Source of the DNA: an uncultured Thermoplasmatales archaeon
GTDB taxonomy: Archaea > Thermoplasmatota > E2 > UBA202 > DSCA01
Direction of reading: 5' to 3'
DNA length: 47,061 nucleotides
Assembly: GCA_964514975.1 (NCBI GenBank)
Contig: CAZESS010000019.1
Coordinates: 1-47,061 of the forward strand
The notes under the pieces were generated by a model. That model did not search any database. It worked only from the letters and a program-made list of their open reading frames with translations, and was not told the DNA's origin. This document shows positions 17,601-26,560 of this stretch, one piece after another. The position numbers and the translations under genes were made by a program. Every line of letters begins with the position of its first letter. Positions within the stretch are counted from its first letter, which is position 1.

Positions 17601-18484
17601 AGTTCGAGGTCGTAGAGAGCGAACGCCAGGTCGTCGGCTGCCTCCTGGAACAGCCCCTCTTCTTCCTCTATTGTCTGCCGCTCGGCGGGGATGAAAACCG
17701 AGAGCGCACCGTAGATATTGCCGAGGTAGCTCAGCGGAACGGTTATCGCGGTGTACGCCTCGTCGTAGCTCTCGCTCCAGGGACAATCACTGCACATCTC
17801 CCCGAGGGTTTCAACGGTCACCATGTCGCCCTCAGCCATCGCCTTTTTCATGCAGATGGGCACGTCCTTCTCCGTGCAGTCCTGTGTGCCGTCCCGGCCG
17901 GCGCAGACGCCCATGCGCGCCTCGCCCGTTTCATCCGTTTCATCCGTCAGAAAAATCCGGACGTGATGGTATCCGCTCACCCTGGCAAGAAAGGTGCAGG
18001 CATCGGTCACCATTATCTCGGGGTCTGTCTCCCGGACGATGAGCTGGTTGATGTCGCGTATCGCCCGGAGCAGGCTGTTCATCCTGCTCATCCGCCGCTC
18101 AATTTTTTTCCGCTCCATGGCATACCGGATGACGTGGGCCATCACGTCGCTGCTGATGTCTCCCTTGACCAGGTAGTCCTGTGCTCCCTCGCTCGCCGTC
18201 TCAATGGCCAGCTGTTCGTCTTTCAGTCCGGTGAGCACCACGACGGGCATGAGCGGTACCTGTTGCTGTATCGATTTTAGGGTGTCCATGCCCTGGCTGT
18301 CGGGCAATCCCAGGTCGAGGAGCACCACGTCAGCGTCGTGTTTGTCGAGAAACGTGATACCCTCCCCGAGGCTTTCCCTGACGGTGATGTCGAACCTGAC
18401 GCCGTCGAGATTGCTGAGCATCTCCCTGATGATACGCGCATCGCCGGGGTTGTCCTCTATCAACACCGTTCGGATGGTTTTCAT
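14678..18484 (-). CDS. REC-GAF-7xPAS sensor ending in a HisKA/DHp-like helix pair, with no ATPase domain
   Basis: N-terminal LIEDN..LLDLGLPD, GAF region, seven D(I/V)T.(R/Q)K PAS ends, C-terminal DAAHFFLNPIAIAKGY then stop. Confidence 0.88.
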   Translation of the reverse strand: MKTIRTVLIEDNPGDARIIREMLSNLDGVRFDITVRESLGEGITFLDKHDADVVLLDLGLPDSQGMDTLKSIQQQVPLMPVVVLTGLKDEQLAIETASEGAQDYLVKGDISSDVMAHVIRYAMERKKIERRMSRMNSLLRAIRDINQLIVRETDPEIMVTDACTFLARVSGYHHVRIFLTDETDETGEARMGVCAGRDGTQDCTEKDVPICMKKAMAEGDMVTVETLGEMCSDCPWSESYDEAYTAITVPLSYLGNIYGALSVFIPAERQTIEEEEGLFQEAADDLAFALYDLELEEKHRRAEEKYRLLAENAIDVIWKMDLDMQFTYLSSSLKELTGYSPEEWIGNRPTEHAPPEEARKMQQAVAEYLEQWPEQDHARFESAIICRNGSRIPVEITGKAIVDEDGKPVGLQGTTRDITERKQAEQELEERELKLRTLFEETPNPILVANMEGVHVDANRAALDFLECDMETFRETTAWDWIPPWRLEEAKKEHTPFDEPRTLETYYYVNGRVKTLLLNVVPLTVAGEKLMYGIGQDITQRKRAEEKLKKSEEKYRTLFETMEQGVVYQDSEGNIISANPAAERILGLSLDEMQGKTSMDPRWKAVDADGNELRGEQHPAMVALKTGETVEGFVQGIYNPEKNGYVWIIVNSIPQFKEESDEPYQVYSTFLDITQRKEAEDALKESEKELMEAQRLANIGNWRWNLETGDLYLSDEMYNVVGLEKNEESLDVANHEKYYTPESWETFQQAIEKAQTTKEPYEIELEVIREKEKNRKVVARGEPLLDEDGEVAGFRGTLQDVTARKQAEQELEEREKKFREIFNNANDAMFLHTLTDDGIPGTFIEVNDVACDMLGYTPEEFMEMSPRDIDDRETAADVPAIMQELLEEGHATFEMRHMAKNGSRIPVEISSHTFTLNGQRLVLSIARDITERKHREKIERTLRQRVEAGLRAGNLAWWEMKLPSGEVIFDDRKAEMLGYAPERFETYEDFTELLHPDDRPAAMQAMRDHLQGRTETYEVEYRIKTREGAYRWFRDIGGIMEKDEATGHVRVIGIVEDITQRKEAQRELAESEEKYRAIVEGSHDAIFIYRGDEFLFVNSRASDITGYTKQELIDMPVWDIIHPDDLDMVKDVHRKWVRGEEAPNVYQARITTKTDDIRHCEFSMTAITYHGTEAAMGAVRDITQQKQAEEERKQALAEMERALDLEKRFKADAAHFFLNPIAIAKGYMELAVEEIPEEPEEKISRAQRAIKRVETVIKNIVEKGEIHE

Positions 18485-19500
18485 GTTTTCTTGCCTCCAT
18501 GAAACGTGAGCACAACGACGGCACCACGGGGCTCGTTGTCCTCGATGGCGACGGAGCCGCCGTAGCGCTCCATGGTCTTTTTGACGATGTACAGGCCGAG
18601 ACCGGAGCCGGCGCTGCCCCCGGAGCTGAACTCTTCGTTGAACACCCGCTGCTTGATGTCGTCGGGGACGCCGCTGCCGTTGTCCGCGATTCGGACCTTG
18701 CATGTGCTGTCGTCCTTGCACATGGATATGTGTATCTTTGTTGAGCCGCCATGGTCCACGGCGTTGCGCACGATATTTTCCAGCACCGGGTAGAGGGCAT
18801 TGTCGGCCGTGACGGTGCAGCCGCCCTCCAGCGTGACGGGGACGTCAAACTGCTCAGCGACCTCCTCGGCGACCTGCCGCACGTCATAGTCCTGCAGGTT
18901 TTCGCTGGAGGCGACCAGCTGCTCCAGGTCCCTCATCTGTTGCAAAAGCCTGATGGTGTCTCCGATGCATTTCATGGCCTTCTGCAGCATCGCCTCGTCT
19001 GCATCCCCCCTGGCGAGGTCGAGGGCACTCTGCGCTATCTGGAGCTTGTTGATGCCGTCGTGCCGGATGAGCTTGTTGATGGTGCGGAGTCCCTCGGCGA
19101 CCTGTTTCATCTGCTGCTGGGTCTGATGTCGCTCAATGGCATACACGATGCTTTTCCTGAGGAGCATCGGGCTGAGCTCTCCCTTTACCAGGTAGTCCTG
19201 TGCCCCCTGCTGGACGAGCCGCAATGCGAGCTCCTCGTCGTCGTGGCCGGTGAGCACCACGACCGGTGCGTCAATGTCATGTTCGGCGACGCTGTCGAAC
19301 GTCTCGGCGCCCTGGCTGTCGGGCAGGTTGAGGTCGAGGAGGATGACGTCGGGCTGCATCTCAGACAGCTGGTCGAGCGCCTCTGACAGCGTGTCGGCAG
19401 CGGTGATGCGGTAGCCGGATGCGTCGCGGCCGCAGAGCATCTCCTCTACCAGCCGGCTGTCGCCGGGGTTGTCTTCCACGAGGAGCACGTCTTTTTTCAT
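18481..19500 (-). CDS. Hybrid REC-histidine kinase
   Basis: LLVEDN/LLDLNLPD; RHDGINKL H-box; ENIVRNA, DNGSG, GSGLGL. Confidence 0.92.
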   Translation of the reverse strand: MKKDVLLVEDNPGDSRLVEEMLCGRDASGYRITAADTLSEALDQLSEMQPDVILLDLNLPDSQGAETFDSVAEHDIDAPVVVLTGHDDEELALRLVQQGAQDYLVKGELSPMLLRKSIVYAIERHQTQQQMKQVAEGLRTINKLIRHDGINKLQIAQSALDLARGDADEAMLQKAMKCIGDTIRLLQQMRDLEQLVASSENLQDYDVRQVAEEVAEQFDVPVTLEGGCTVTADNALYPVLENIVRNAVDHGGSTKIHISMCKDDSTCKVRIADNGSGVPDDIKQRVFNEEFSSGGSAGSGLGLYIVKKTMERYGGSVAIEDNEPRGAVVVLTFHGGKKT

Positions 19501-19502
19501 TT

Positions 19503-19967
19503 TCAGCGCTGTTGTATGTTTTTAGCTCGTTCGTCGGGTAGCTTGACGATGGTGAACCAGAAATCTTTCACTGATTTCACCACGTCGATGAACTTTTCCA
19601 GGCCCACCGGCTTGGTGATGTAGGCGTTGGCGTGGAGGTCGTAGCTTTTGACGATGTCCTCGTCTGTTTCCGACGTGGTCAGGACGACCACCGGGATGCT
19701 CCGCAGCTCTTCATCTTTCTTGATGTCCTCGAGCACCTCTCGCCCGTCCTTTTTCGGCAGGTTGAGGTCGAGCAGCACGAGGTCGGGGCGGGGCATGTCC
19801 GCGTATTCTCCCCGCTGGTAGACGAAGTCCATGGCTGCCTCGCCGTCCATGACGACGTGGAGGTTGTTGAGGAGCTTGCTTTCCCGCAGTGCCTCCCTGG
19901 TCAGCCGGACGTCGCCCGGATTGTCATCCACCAGCAGTATTTCGACCGGTTTTCCTATCTCACTCAT
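19503..19967 (-). CDS. Response regulator, Rcp1-like
   Basis: [37 protein letters not shown]. Confidence 0.94.
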   Translation of the reverse strand: MSEIGKPVEILLVDDNPGDVRLTREALRESKLLNNLHVVMDGEAAMDFVYQRGEYADMPRPDLVLLDLNLPKKDGREVLEDIKKDEELRSIPVVVLTTSETDEDIVKSYDLHANAYITKPVGLEKFIDVVKSVKDFWFTIVKLPDERAKNIQQR

Positions 19968-21826
19968 TTTTTTTCACCCTGTTTTTCATTCAAGTCTTTT
20001 GGAATGGTAAAGTAAAAGGTGGCGCCCTCATCCTCCCTGGATTCAACCCAGATGCGCCCGCCATGCCGCTCGACGATGCGCTTGCACAACGCGAGGCCGA
20101 TGCCCGTTCCCCCGCCTGCCTCGTCGTGGCCGTGCAGCCGCTTGAAGATGACAAATACGCGGTCCTGCTGCTCCTCCGGGATGCCGATGCCGTTGTCCGC
20201 GACGGCGAAACGCCATGCGTCCTGCTGCTCCTCAAAGCCGACATGTATCTCGGGTGGCTCGTCGCCCCGGTACTTGATGGCGTTGCTGACCAGGTTCTGG
20301 AAGACCCGGCGGAGCTGCGACCGGTCGGCATGGATGGTCGGCAGCTCGTCGTAGGTGACCGTCGCCCCGGTATCCGCTATCCGGTGCTGGAGGTCATCAC
20401 GGACCTCCTCCATTACCTCGTTGACATCGACCGGCTGGAAGGGGTCTCCGCGGGTGGTCACTCGCGAATATTTCAGCAGGTCGTTGATGAGCTGCTTCAT
20501 CCGGCGGGCGCCGTCCACCGCGTAATATATGAAGTCGTCGGCGTCCTCGTCGAGCTCGTCCCGGTAGCGGCGCTGCAATAGCTGCAGGTAGCTTGACACC
20601 ATGCGCAATGGCTCCTGCAGGTCGTGCGACGCGACATAGGCAAACTGCTCCAATTCCTCGTTGGAGCGCTTCAGGTTCCGGAGCAGCTTCAGGCGTTCCT
20701 GTTTCATGTGCTTTTCTCTGATGATGTCTCCCACCTGGGCGGCGATGGTGTCCAGCAGATAGCGTTCCTGCTTCAAAAACGGGCCCTCGGCCTCCGCGGG
20801 TTTTTCTTCGAGGATGCCGACGTCGATGCGCCCGACGGTTTCCCCGTTTACCACGATGTCCTGGCTCATCATCCACGGCGTCGTCTCGAAGTTGTCCGTC
20901 GTATAGGCTGCGCCGTCAACGGTCAGACGGGCGCACGTTATTTCTGGATACTGCCAGCTCGGCGGGATGAGCTCGACGATTTCCTGGAACAGCTCATCCA
21001 TCGACAGGTCATGTCGCTGCCCCAGCTCGTTGATACGGTAGAGGCAGTTTAATTCCTTGACGCGCTCCCGCAGCTCGCGGGTTCGCTCATCCACCTGCTG
21101 CTCCAGGTTTTCCCGGGATGTCTGCAGCTGCCGAGCCATTTGGTCGAAGGAGCCGGAGAGCTCGCCTATCTCGTCGTCCCGGTCGATGTCGGTCCGATAT
21201 CCAAGGTTGCCCTCGGCGATGACCTCGGTGCCCCGCCGGAGTTTCTCCAGCGGATGCAAAACACTCCGGTTTATCATGACGCCGGCGAAAACCAGCGAGG
21301 CCGCCAGCGCCGCCACGAAGCCAAAGCCGTACAGGCTGGTCTGCTGCTGCACGTGCCGATAGTCATGATGGATGTTGTCACTGAGCCGTTCGGCCGTCAA
21401 CATCATTGTATTGAGTTTTATCATCAGCTGCCCCAGCAGCAGGTTTTCCAGCCTCACGTTGTAGCCCCCGCTTTTGTAGTTGTCTACCAGTTGCTGGAAC
21501 GTATGGTTGAGGTCATCCGCCTGGTCGTCCAGCTGCTCGACCAATTTTTTATTGTCGCTGTCGAATCCCTGGTCATCCTGCAGCAGCCCGGTCAGCGCCG
21601 CATGTTCAGACTGCCATTGAACCCTGGCTCGTTCCCCGTGACCGGTGGCATAGTCGCTGGTCAGCAGGCTCAAATCGAACACCTGGCGAAGGATGGCATG
21701 CGCCACCTCTGACCGCTCGGAAACGGTGTCTTCCTCCTGCGCCAGGGCGTAGAGCGCGCCGCCGAGAGCTCCGACGAGCAGAAGCGCGATGACGATGGCC
21801 GCGAAAAATTTTTGCTTGATATTCAC
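19964..21826 (-). CDS. Membrane sensor histidine kinase (TM-HAMP-GAF-like-HisKA-HATPase)
   Basis: Two TM helices, [42 protein letters not shown]; GTG start overlaps the upstream stop. Confidence 0.93.
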   Translation of the reverse strand: MNIKQKFFAAIVIALLLVGALGGALYALAQEEDTVSERSEVAHAILRQVFDLSLLTSDYATGHGERARVQWQSEHAALTGLLQDDQGFDSDNKKLVEQLDDQADDLNHTFQQLVDNYKSGGYNVRLENLLLGQLMIKLNTMMLTAERLSDNIHHDYRHVQQQTSLYGFGFVAALAASLVFAGVMINRSVLHPLEKLRRGTEVIAEGNLGYRTDIDRDDEIGELSGSFDQMARQLQTSRENLEQQVDERTRELRERVKELNCLYRINELGQRHDLSMDELFQEIVELIPPSWQYPEITCARLTVDGAAYTTDNFETTPWMMSQDIVVNGETVGRIDVGILEEKPAEAEGPFLKQERYLLDTIAAQVGDIIREKHMKQERLKLLRNLKRSNEELEQFAYVASHDLQEPLRMVSSYLQLLQRRYRDELDEDADDFIYYAVDGARRMKQLINDLLKYSRVTTRGDPFQPVDVNEVMEEVRDDLQHRIADTGATVTYDELPTIHADRSQLRRVFQNLVSNAIKYRGDEPPEIHVGFEEQQDAWRFAVADNGIGIPEEQQDRVFVIFKRLHGHDEAGGGTGIGLALCKRIVERHGGRIWVESREDEGATFYFTIPKDLNEKQGEKK

Positions 21827-22860
21827 CGTTTTCCTCCCAGAATGGTGACCGCGTTCGGCTTTACCTCGAGGAGGCCCTGCTGGTAGATGTCATGGTAATA
21901 GTTGGGAATCGACGTGGCGGCGGTGAGACCCTGCTCGATGAGCCAGCCGGCCTCCTGTTCCATGGTTAGGAGCAGCGCCTGCGGCAGGGTCACCTCGAAT
22001 TGCTGGACGGGCCAGATGGCGTCGAGGTAGGCCGAGGCATAGTTAAAATAGTCGCCGATGTACTCCCGGACCTTGGCCTCGTGCGAGCCGATGTATCGCT
22101 CGGCGTCCACGAGAGCGGCGAGCAATCGTTCCGTCTCCCCGGTGTGGTTGGCAATCCACGTGTCGTGGCTGGCGAGCACGAAATAAAAGTCCTGGCCGCT
22201 CTGCCCGGGCCAGGTGACGGCGTCGCTGCCCAGTTGCTGCTGTATCCGGTAGATGTTTGGCTCCCAGGTGAGCGCGGCGTCGATGTCACCGGCGGTCATG
22301 TTTTCGACGAGCTGGCTGGGTGTCAGGTCGACGATGGCGACGTCGGCAAATGAAAGATTGTGGAAGAGGAGAAAGGAGCCGAGGTAGAACTCGGCGGCGC
22401 TTTTCCGCGTGACGCCGATGGTCTTGCCGGCGAGGTCTTCCGGCGCCGTTATGTCGTGGTCACGGCGGGCGACCAGCTTGGTTATAGTGCCGGTGGTGGC
22501 GATGCTGCCCATGATGCTCGTGTTGTGGTGCGTGAAGCTGTGGCGGACGTACACGAACTCGGCGGCCGTTGCCACGTCAGCCTCACCGTTCAGCAGGGCG
22601 TCATAGGCGAGCTTGCCCGTCTCGTATTCTTTGAACGTGACGTTGAGCCCATATTTTTCGAAAAACCCCTGCTCGCGGGCGATGTAGCAGAGCGAGGAGG
22701 TGTCGCCGGCGTAGACGCCCAGGGTGAGCGACACGGTGTCATATCCGCCGCCCGCGCCATCGTGGTCCATCTCGTTCCAGAGGGCGGCACCGGCAATCGC
22801 AAGAATGGCGATGACGGCGATACAGATAAGAACACTCGTCCGCTTGTTCCCCGTTAGCAC
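21823..22860 (-). CDS. NMT1/SsuA/NrtA-type substrate-binding protein
   Basis: N-terminal anchor, IAREQGFFEKYGLNV, DLAGKTIGV, DAALTWEP. Confidence 0.88.
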   Translation of the reverse strand: MLTGNKRTSVLICIAVIAILAIAGAALWNEMDHDGAGGGYDTVSLTLGVYAGDTSSLCYIAREQGFFEKYGLNVTFKEYETGKLAYDALLNGEADVATAAEFVYVRHSFTHHNTSIMGSIATTGTITKLVARRDHDITAPEDLAGKTIGVTRKSAAEFYLGSFLLFHNLSFADVAIVDLTPSQLVENMTAGDIDAALTWEPNIYRIQQQLGSDAVTWPGQSGQDFYFVLASHDTWIANHTGETERLLAALVDAERYIGSHEAKVREYIGDYFNYASAYLDAIWPVQQFEVTLPQALLLTMEQEAGWLIEQGLTAATSIPNYYHDIYQQGLLEVKPNAVTILGGKR

Positions 22861-23023
22861 ATGTTAAAAATGACCTGTCGATATATAACTCTGGCGGTTT
22901 TGATTGCGATTTGATGCCAGCGCTGTCTCAGCGCAAAAAACCTTTTAAAACCAGGGTGGTAATAAAAAATACCATGACAGCACAGAGCGCAACAATCAGA
23001 CAGACCACCGGTGGAGGCAGAAC

Positions 23024-23533
23024 ATGAGCCGCATCGCCGTCGTCATCGACGACCTGTTCGAAGACATAGAGTACAGCCGCCCGGCCAAGGCCTTCAAACA
23101 GGCCGGCCACGAGCTGGTCCACGTCGGGCTGGAACAGGGCAAAACGGTCACCGGCAAAAAACAGGGCACCCAGGTCACCATCGACATCGCAGCCGACAAA
23201 GCCTCACCCGATGACTACGATGCATTGCTCATCCCCGGCGGCTACTCGCCCGACAAGCTCCGCGCCCACGAGGCGCCCGTCACGTTTGTCCATGACCTTG
23301 TGGAAAGCGGCAAACCCGTGTTTTTCATCTGCCACGGCGCCCAGCTGCTCATCACCGCCCGGGTGGTCGAGGGCAGAGCAATGACAGGCTGGCGGTCCAT
23401 CATCCAGGATATCAAAAACGCCGGCGCCATCTACCACGACCAATCTGTCGTCGTCGACGGCAATCTGGTGTCAAGCAGGCACCCCGGCGACCTCGACGAC
23501 TTCATCCAGGCATCGCTCGACAAGCTCGACTAG
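23024..23533 (+). CDS. pfpI: PfpI/DJ-1 family protease/deglycase
   Basis: FEDIE, LLIPGGYSPDKLR, ICHG, VVVDGNLVSSR; GGAGG SD. Confidence 0.93.
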   Translation: MSRIAVVIDDLFEDIEYSRPAKAFKQAGHELVHVGLEQGKTVTGKKQGTQVTIDIAADKASPDDYDALLIPGGYSPDKLRAHEAPVTFVHDLVESGKPVFFICHGAQLLITARVVEGRAMTGWRSIIQDIKNAGAIYHDQSVVVDGNLVSSRHPGDLDDFIQASLDKLD

Positions 23534-24870
23534 TCAACCGCATAGCCGGCCTGCTTCCACGCGGCGATGCCGCCGACGAGCTCCGCCACGTCATCAAAGC
23601 CATGCCGTTTGAGCAGGCTGGCCGCGGTGCCCGTCTTGTAGCCCGCGTCGCAGAACACGACAATGGTATCATCGTTGGGCAGGTCGTCCAGCCGGTCGGG
23701 CAGGTCGCCGAGGTAGACATGCCGGGAGCCCGGGATGTGGCCGTTGCTGCTGCGGCTGTGCCCTGTCCGGACATCAAGGACGAACACGTCATCAAGCCGC
23801 GCGTTGAGCCGGTCGGCGTGCCAGAGCGCGATGCTGCCCATGGGTCGTCCGGACTGCTGCCAGGCGCCGATGCCCCCCAGCGGCATCGCCAGGTCGTCGT
23901 AGCCGAGCCGGACGAGGGAGCGCAGCGCCGCACCATCGTCGCCGATGAGCACCACGGGCCGGTCGTAGGACAGGAACCAGCCGGCGATACCCGCCAGGGC
24001 ATGGCTCCACATGTTCAGGCTGCCCGGTACATGCGCCGCTGCAAAGCAATCTGGCCGCCGGACGTCCACCAGCTGCATCTCGCCCGTCATGCCGGCGACC
24101 TCGCTGACCGGCAGCGCCGCAGGCTTCGGCATCCGGTGCAGCAATGGCGGGCCATGCTGGTTGTAGGCCTCCATCTGCCGGAAATAGGGCGGCCGGTGGA
24201 GCTGTTCATGCTGTTTCCGCTCGATAAAATCCTGCCTGTCGAGCTGCAGCATCGGGTTGCTCCGCCGCTCGTAGCCGATGCTCGTGAACGGAAGGTCGCC
24301 GATGGAGCCGCCGCACACCGACCCCGAGCCATGGGCCGGGCAGACGATGACCTGGTCGCCCAGCGACAGCAACTTTTCATGCAGGCTGTTGTAGAGCATG
24401 GCGGCCAGCCGCTCTCTCTCATCGGGGCCATAGAGATCGGTGCGGCCGACGTCGCCGGCGAACAGCGCGTCGCCGGTGAACACCATATAGGGCTCCGAAG
24501 AAACGGCGGCGTTGGTGACCACGATGGAAACGCTCTCGTCGGTATGCCCCGGGGTCTCCAGGACGTCGAGCCGGAGGGAGCCGATGGAAAAGCTGTCGCC
24601 CTCCTCAACGGGGACGCCGTAGCCGAAGTCGAGGGCCCCGCCGTGGTACACGTCTGCATCGGTTATCTCGGCGAGCTCGAGGGAGCCGATGACGTAGTCC
24701 TCGTTGCGATGGGTCTCGAAGATGTGGGTGACGCGCAGGTCGTTGTCCCTGGCCACCTCCGCATATCGCCAGGCGTCCCGCCGGGGGTCTATGACCGCTG
24801 CGCTCTGCTGCGAGCCCAGGATGTAGGAGTTGTGCGCCAGCCCGGGGGAAATGATTCGTTCGAACAGCAT
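23530..24870 (-). CDS. MBL-fold hydrolase with two rhodanese domains (persulfide dioxygenase-like fusion)
   Basis: ETHRNEDY, TPGHT, FTGDALFAGDVGR, PAHG; C-terminal CDAGYKT rhodanese loop. Confidence 0.9.
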   Translation of the reverse strand: MLFERIISPGLAHNSYILGSQQSAAVIDPRRDAWRYAEVARDNDLRVTHIFETHRNEDYVIGSLELAEITDADVYHGGALDFGYGVPVEEGDSFSIGSLRLDVLETPGHTDESVSIVVTNAAVSSEPYMVFTGDALFAGDVGRTDLYGPDERERLAAMLYNSLHEKLLSLGDQVIVCPAHGSGSVCGGSIGDLPFTSIGYERRSNPMLQLDRQDFIERKQHEQLHRPPYFRQMEAYNQHGPPLLHRMPKPAALPVSEVAGMTGEMQLVDVRRPDCFAAAHVPGSLNMWSHALAGIAGWFLSYDRPVVLIGDDGAALRSLVRLGYDDLAMPLGGIGAWQQSGRPMGSIALWHADRLNARLDDVFVLDVRTGHSRSSNGHIPGSRHVYLGDLPDRLDDLPNDDTIVVFCDAGYKTGTAASLLKRHGFDDVAELVGGIAAWKQAGYAVD

Positions 24871-24871
24871 T

Positions 24872-25741
24872 TTAGGAGGGCTCGGGGCCGGTGACCGTTG
24901 GATTGTCGGGATGGCTGGTCCATTCGGTGAACGAGCCCTCGTAGAGGTGCACCTCGGGGTAGCCGAGGTACCATTTGAACAGGAGGAACTCGTTGGTGGC
25001 CTCCCGCCCGGTGCCACAGGAGCAGATGATGGTCTTGTCCTCCGATATGCCACGGTCGTTGAGCACCGCCTGGATGCCTTCGTCGGGTTTGAGCAGCATG
25101 GCGTTGCCCTCCTGCATGAGCGTTTTCCAGGGCAGGTTGATGGCTCCCGGTATATGGCCGGGCTTCCGCCAGGGCCCCTGTCCCTCGTAGAACTTGGGCG
25201 GCCGGGCGTCGAGCAGCATGACGTTATCGTCATCTTTCATGTCTTTGACCCTGTCCATGTCGACCACGTAGTCGTGCTGTACCTCTATGGGAAAGTCGCT
25301 TTCCGTGATGTCGGGGAACTCCTTGACCAGCGTTCGCTGCTCTGTCTTCCATGTGTCGATGCCGCCGTTGAGCACGTGGACGCTGCGGTGGCCGTAGCGG
25401 GCAAGCGTGAAGGCGACCATGGTCTGCTCGAGCCCGTCGCCCCAGCCGCGGAAGGCGCCCGTGCCCCCGTAGACCACGACCGGTGTGTCGGGCATAAGGC
25501 CGACGCGGCTGAACAGCTGCTGGATGACGCCGTCGGGCACGTAGACGCCCGGCCTGCCTTTGTGGGGCACGCGGAGCAGTCGCTGGTTGAAGTAGACGGC
25601 GCCGGGCACATGCTCCGTAATGTAGTCATGGATGTCGGGCTGCGTGTCGAGCACTGTGACCTCCCGGTGGTGTTTTTCGAGCCATTCCGTGGAGACCCAT
25701 TTCACTGTGCTTTCTTTTTCGGGATATGGAATTGTTTTCAT
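24872..25741 (-). CDS. Tandem-domain sulfurtransferase (rhodanese/TST)
   Basis: VSTEWL, HVPGA, LNGG, GHIPGA, CGTGREA active loop, YEGSFTEW; GGAGGT SD. Confidence 0.92.
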   Translation of the reverse strand: MKTIPYPEKESTVKWVSTEWLEKHHREVTVLDTQPDIHDYITEHVPGAVYFNQRLLRVPHKGRPGVYVPDGVIQQLFSRVGLMPDTPVVVYGGTGAFRGWGDGLEQTMVAFTLARYGHRSVHVLNGGIDTWKTEQRTLVKEFPDITESDFPIEVQHDYVVDMDRVKDMKDDDNVMLLDARPPKFYEGQGPWRKPGHIPGAINLPWKTLMQEGNAMLLKPDEGIQAVLNDRGISEDKTIICSCGTGREATNEFLLFKWYLGYPEVHLYEGSFTEWTSHPDNPTVTGPEPS

Positions 25742-25858
25742 ATTACCTCCACAGATTTAACAATTGTAACTTTATATAGTTATGCCTCTCTAACAGCGTG
25801 CCTGTCATCACATGATTTAAAAACTGGCCGGAGATGTATGGATGGGTGAGGTGATAGT

Positions 25859-26329
25859 ATGAACGACAAAGAAAACAAAAATAGAAAAAAATTAACGCTG
25901 TTAGCAACAATTGCAATAGTGATAAGCGTGGTGGCAATCGCCCTCGGCGGCTACGGCGCCACTACAGAAGGAGCGGAAGGCCCACAGGGGCCAGAGGGGC
26001 CCGAAGGTCCTCCGGGCGAGCCGGGCCCGAACAACATCGTTGCCATGGGCACATACCATTCATCGGTCGGATTGATCGAGGGATACAACGTTGAATCGGT
26101 CACGTGGAACTCCGGCTGGCACGAATACCGGATCAACATCACGGATACAGCATATCATTCCTGGGATTATGTGACCATGATCACAACCATGGACACGATA
26201 GGGAACAGCTACGGCTGTTATTCCAGCCAGGGCGACCTCCTCGCAATAACGCTCTATGATGCAGCCGGCAACCAGCTCACGACCGACTCAGGCGCCTTCT
26301 CATTCATGGTCCTGGAGATGCCGGAATAG
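25859..26329 (+). CDS. Membrane-anchored protein with a short collagen-like repeat
   Basis: GAGGTGA SD; TM helix then GAEGPQGPEGPEGPPGEPGP and a beta-rich domain. Confidence 0.8.
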   Translation: MNDKENKNRKKLTLLATIAIVISVVAIALGGYGATTEGAEGPQGPEGPEGPPGEPGPNNIVAMGTYHSSVGLIEGYNVESVTWNSGWHEYRINITDTAYHSWDYVTMITTMDTIGNSYGCYSSQGDLLAITLYDAAGNQLTTDSGAFSFMVLEMPE

Positions 26330-26384
26330 AAGGTTCCACAGGCAGTTCGAGAACATTTATAAATCACCGGCGGTTATGAGCGCC

Positions 26385-26507
26385 ATGACAACATGCGACG
26401 TCTGCGGGGCAGAGGTATCCGACGACAACATACGCCACGTCCACATCAAGGGCAAAGAACGAAACATCTGTAAAGGCTGCGTCACCGCCATCAAGGGCCT
26501 CGCGTAG
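26385..26507 (+). CDS. 40-aa CxxC/CxxC zinc-finger microprotein
   Basis: MTTCDVCG...ICKGC; TTTATAAA box ~22 nt upstream (leaderless arrangement); alternative ATG at 26376. Confidence 0.65.
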   Translation: MTTCDVCGAEVSDDNIRHVHIKGKERNICKGCVTAIKGLA

Positions 26508-26560
26508 CCGGCTGAACGACGGGGAAACCTACAAGTAATCCGCCATGTTATCCACATGGT

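Noticed and set aside
18160-19330. Short DNA repeats between the two REC-encoding regions
   Set aside because: Explained by paralogous REC domains (GAQDYLVKG, LPDSQG)
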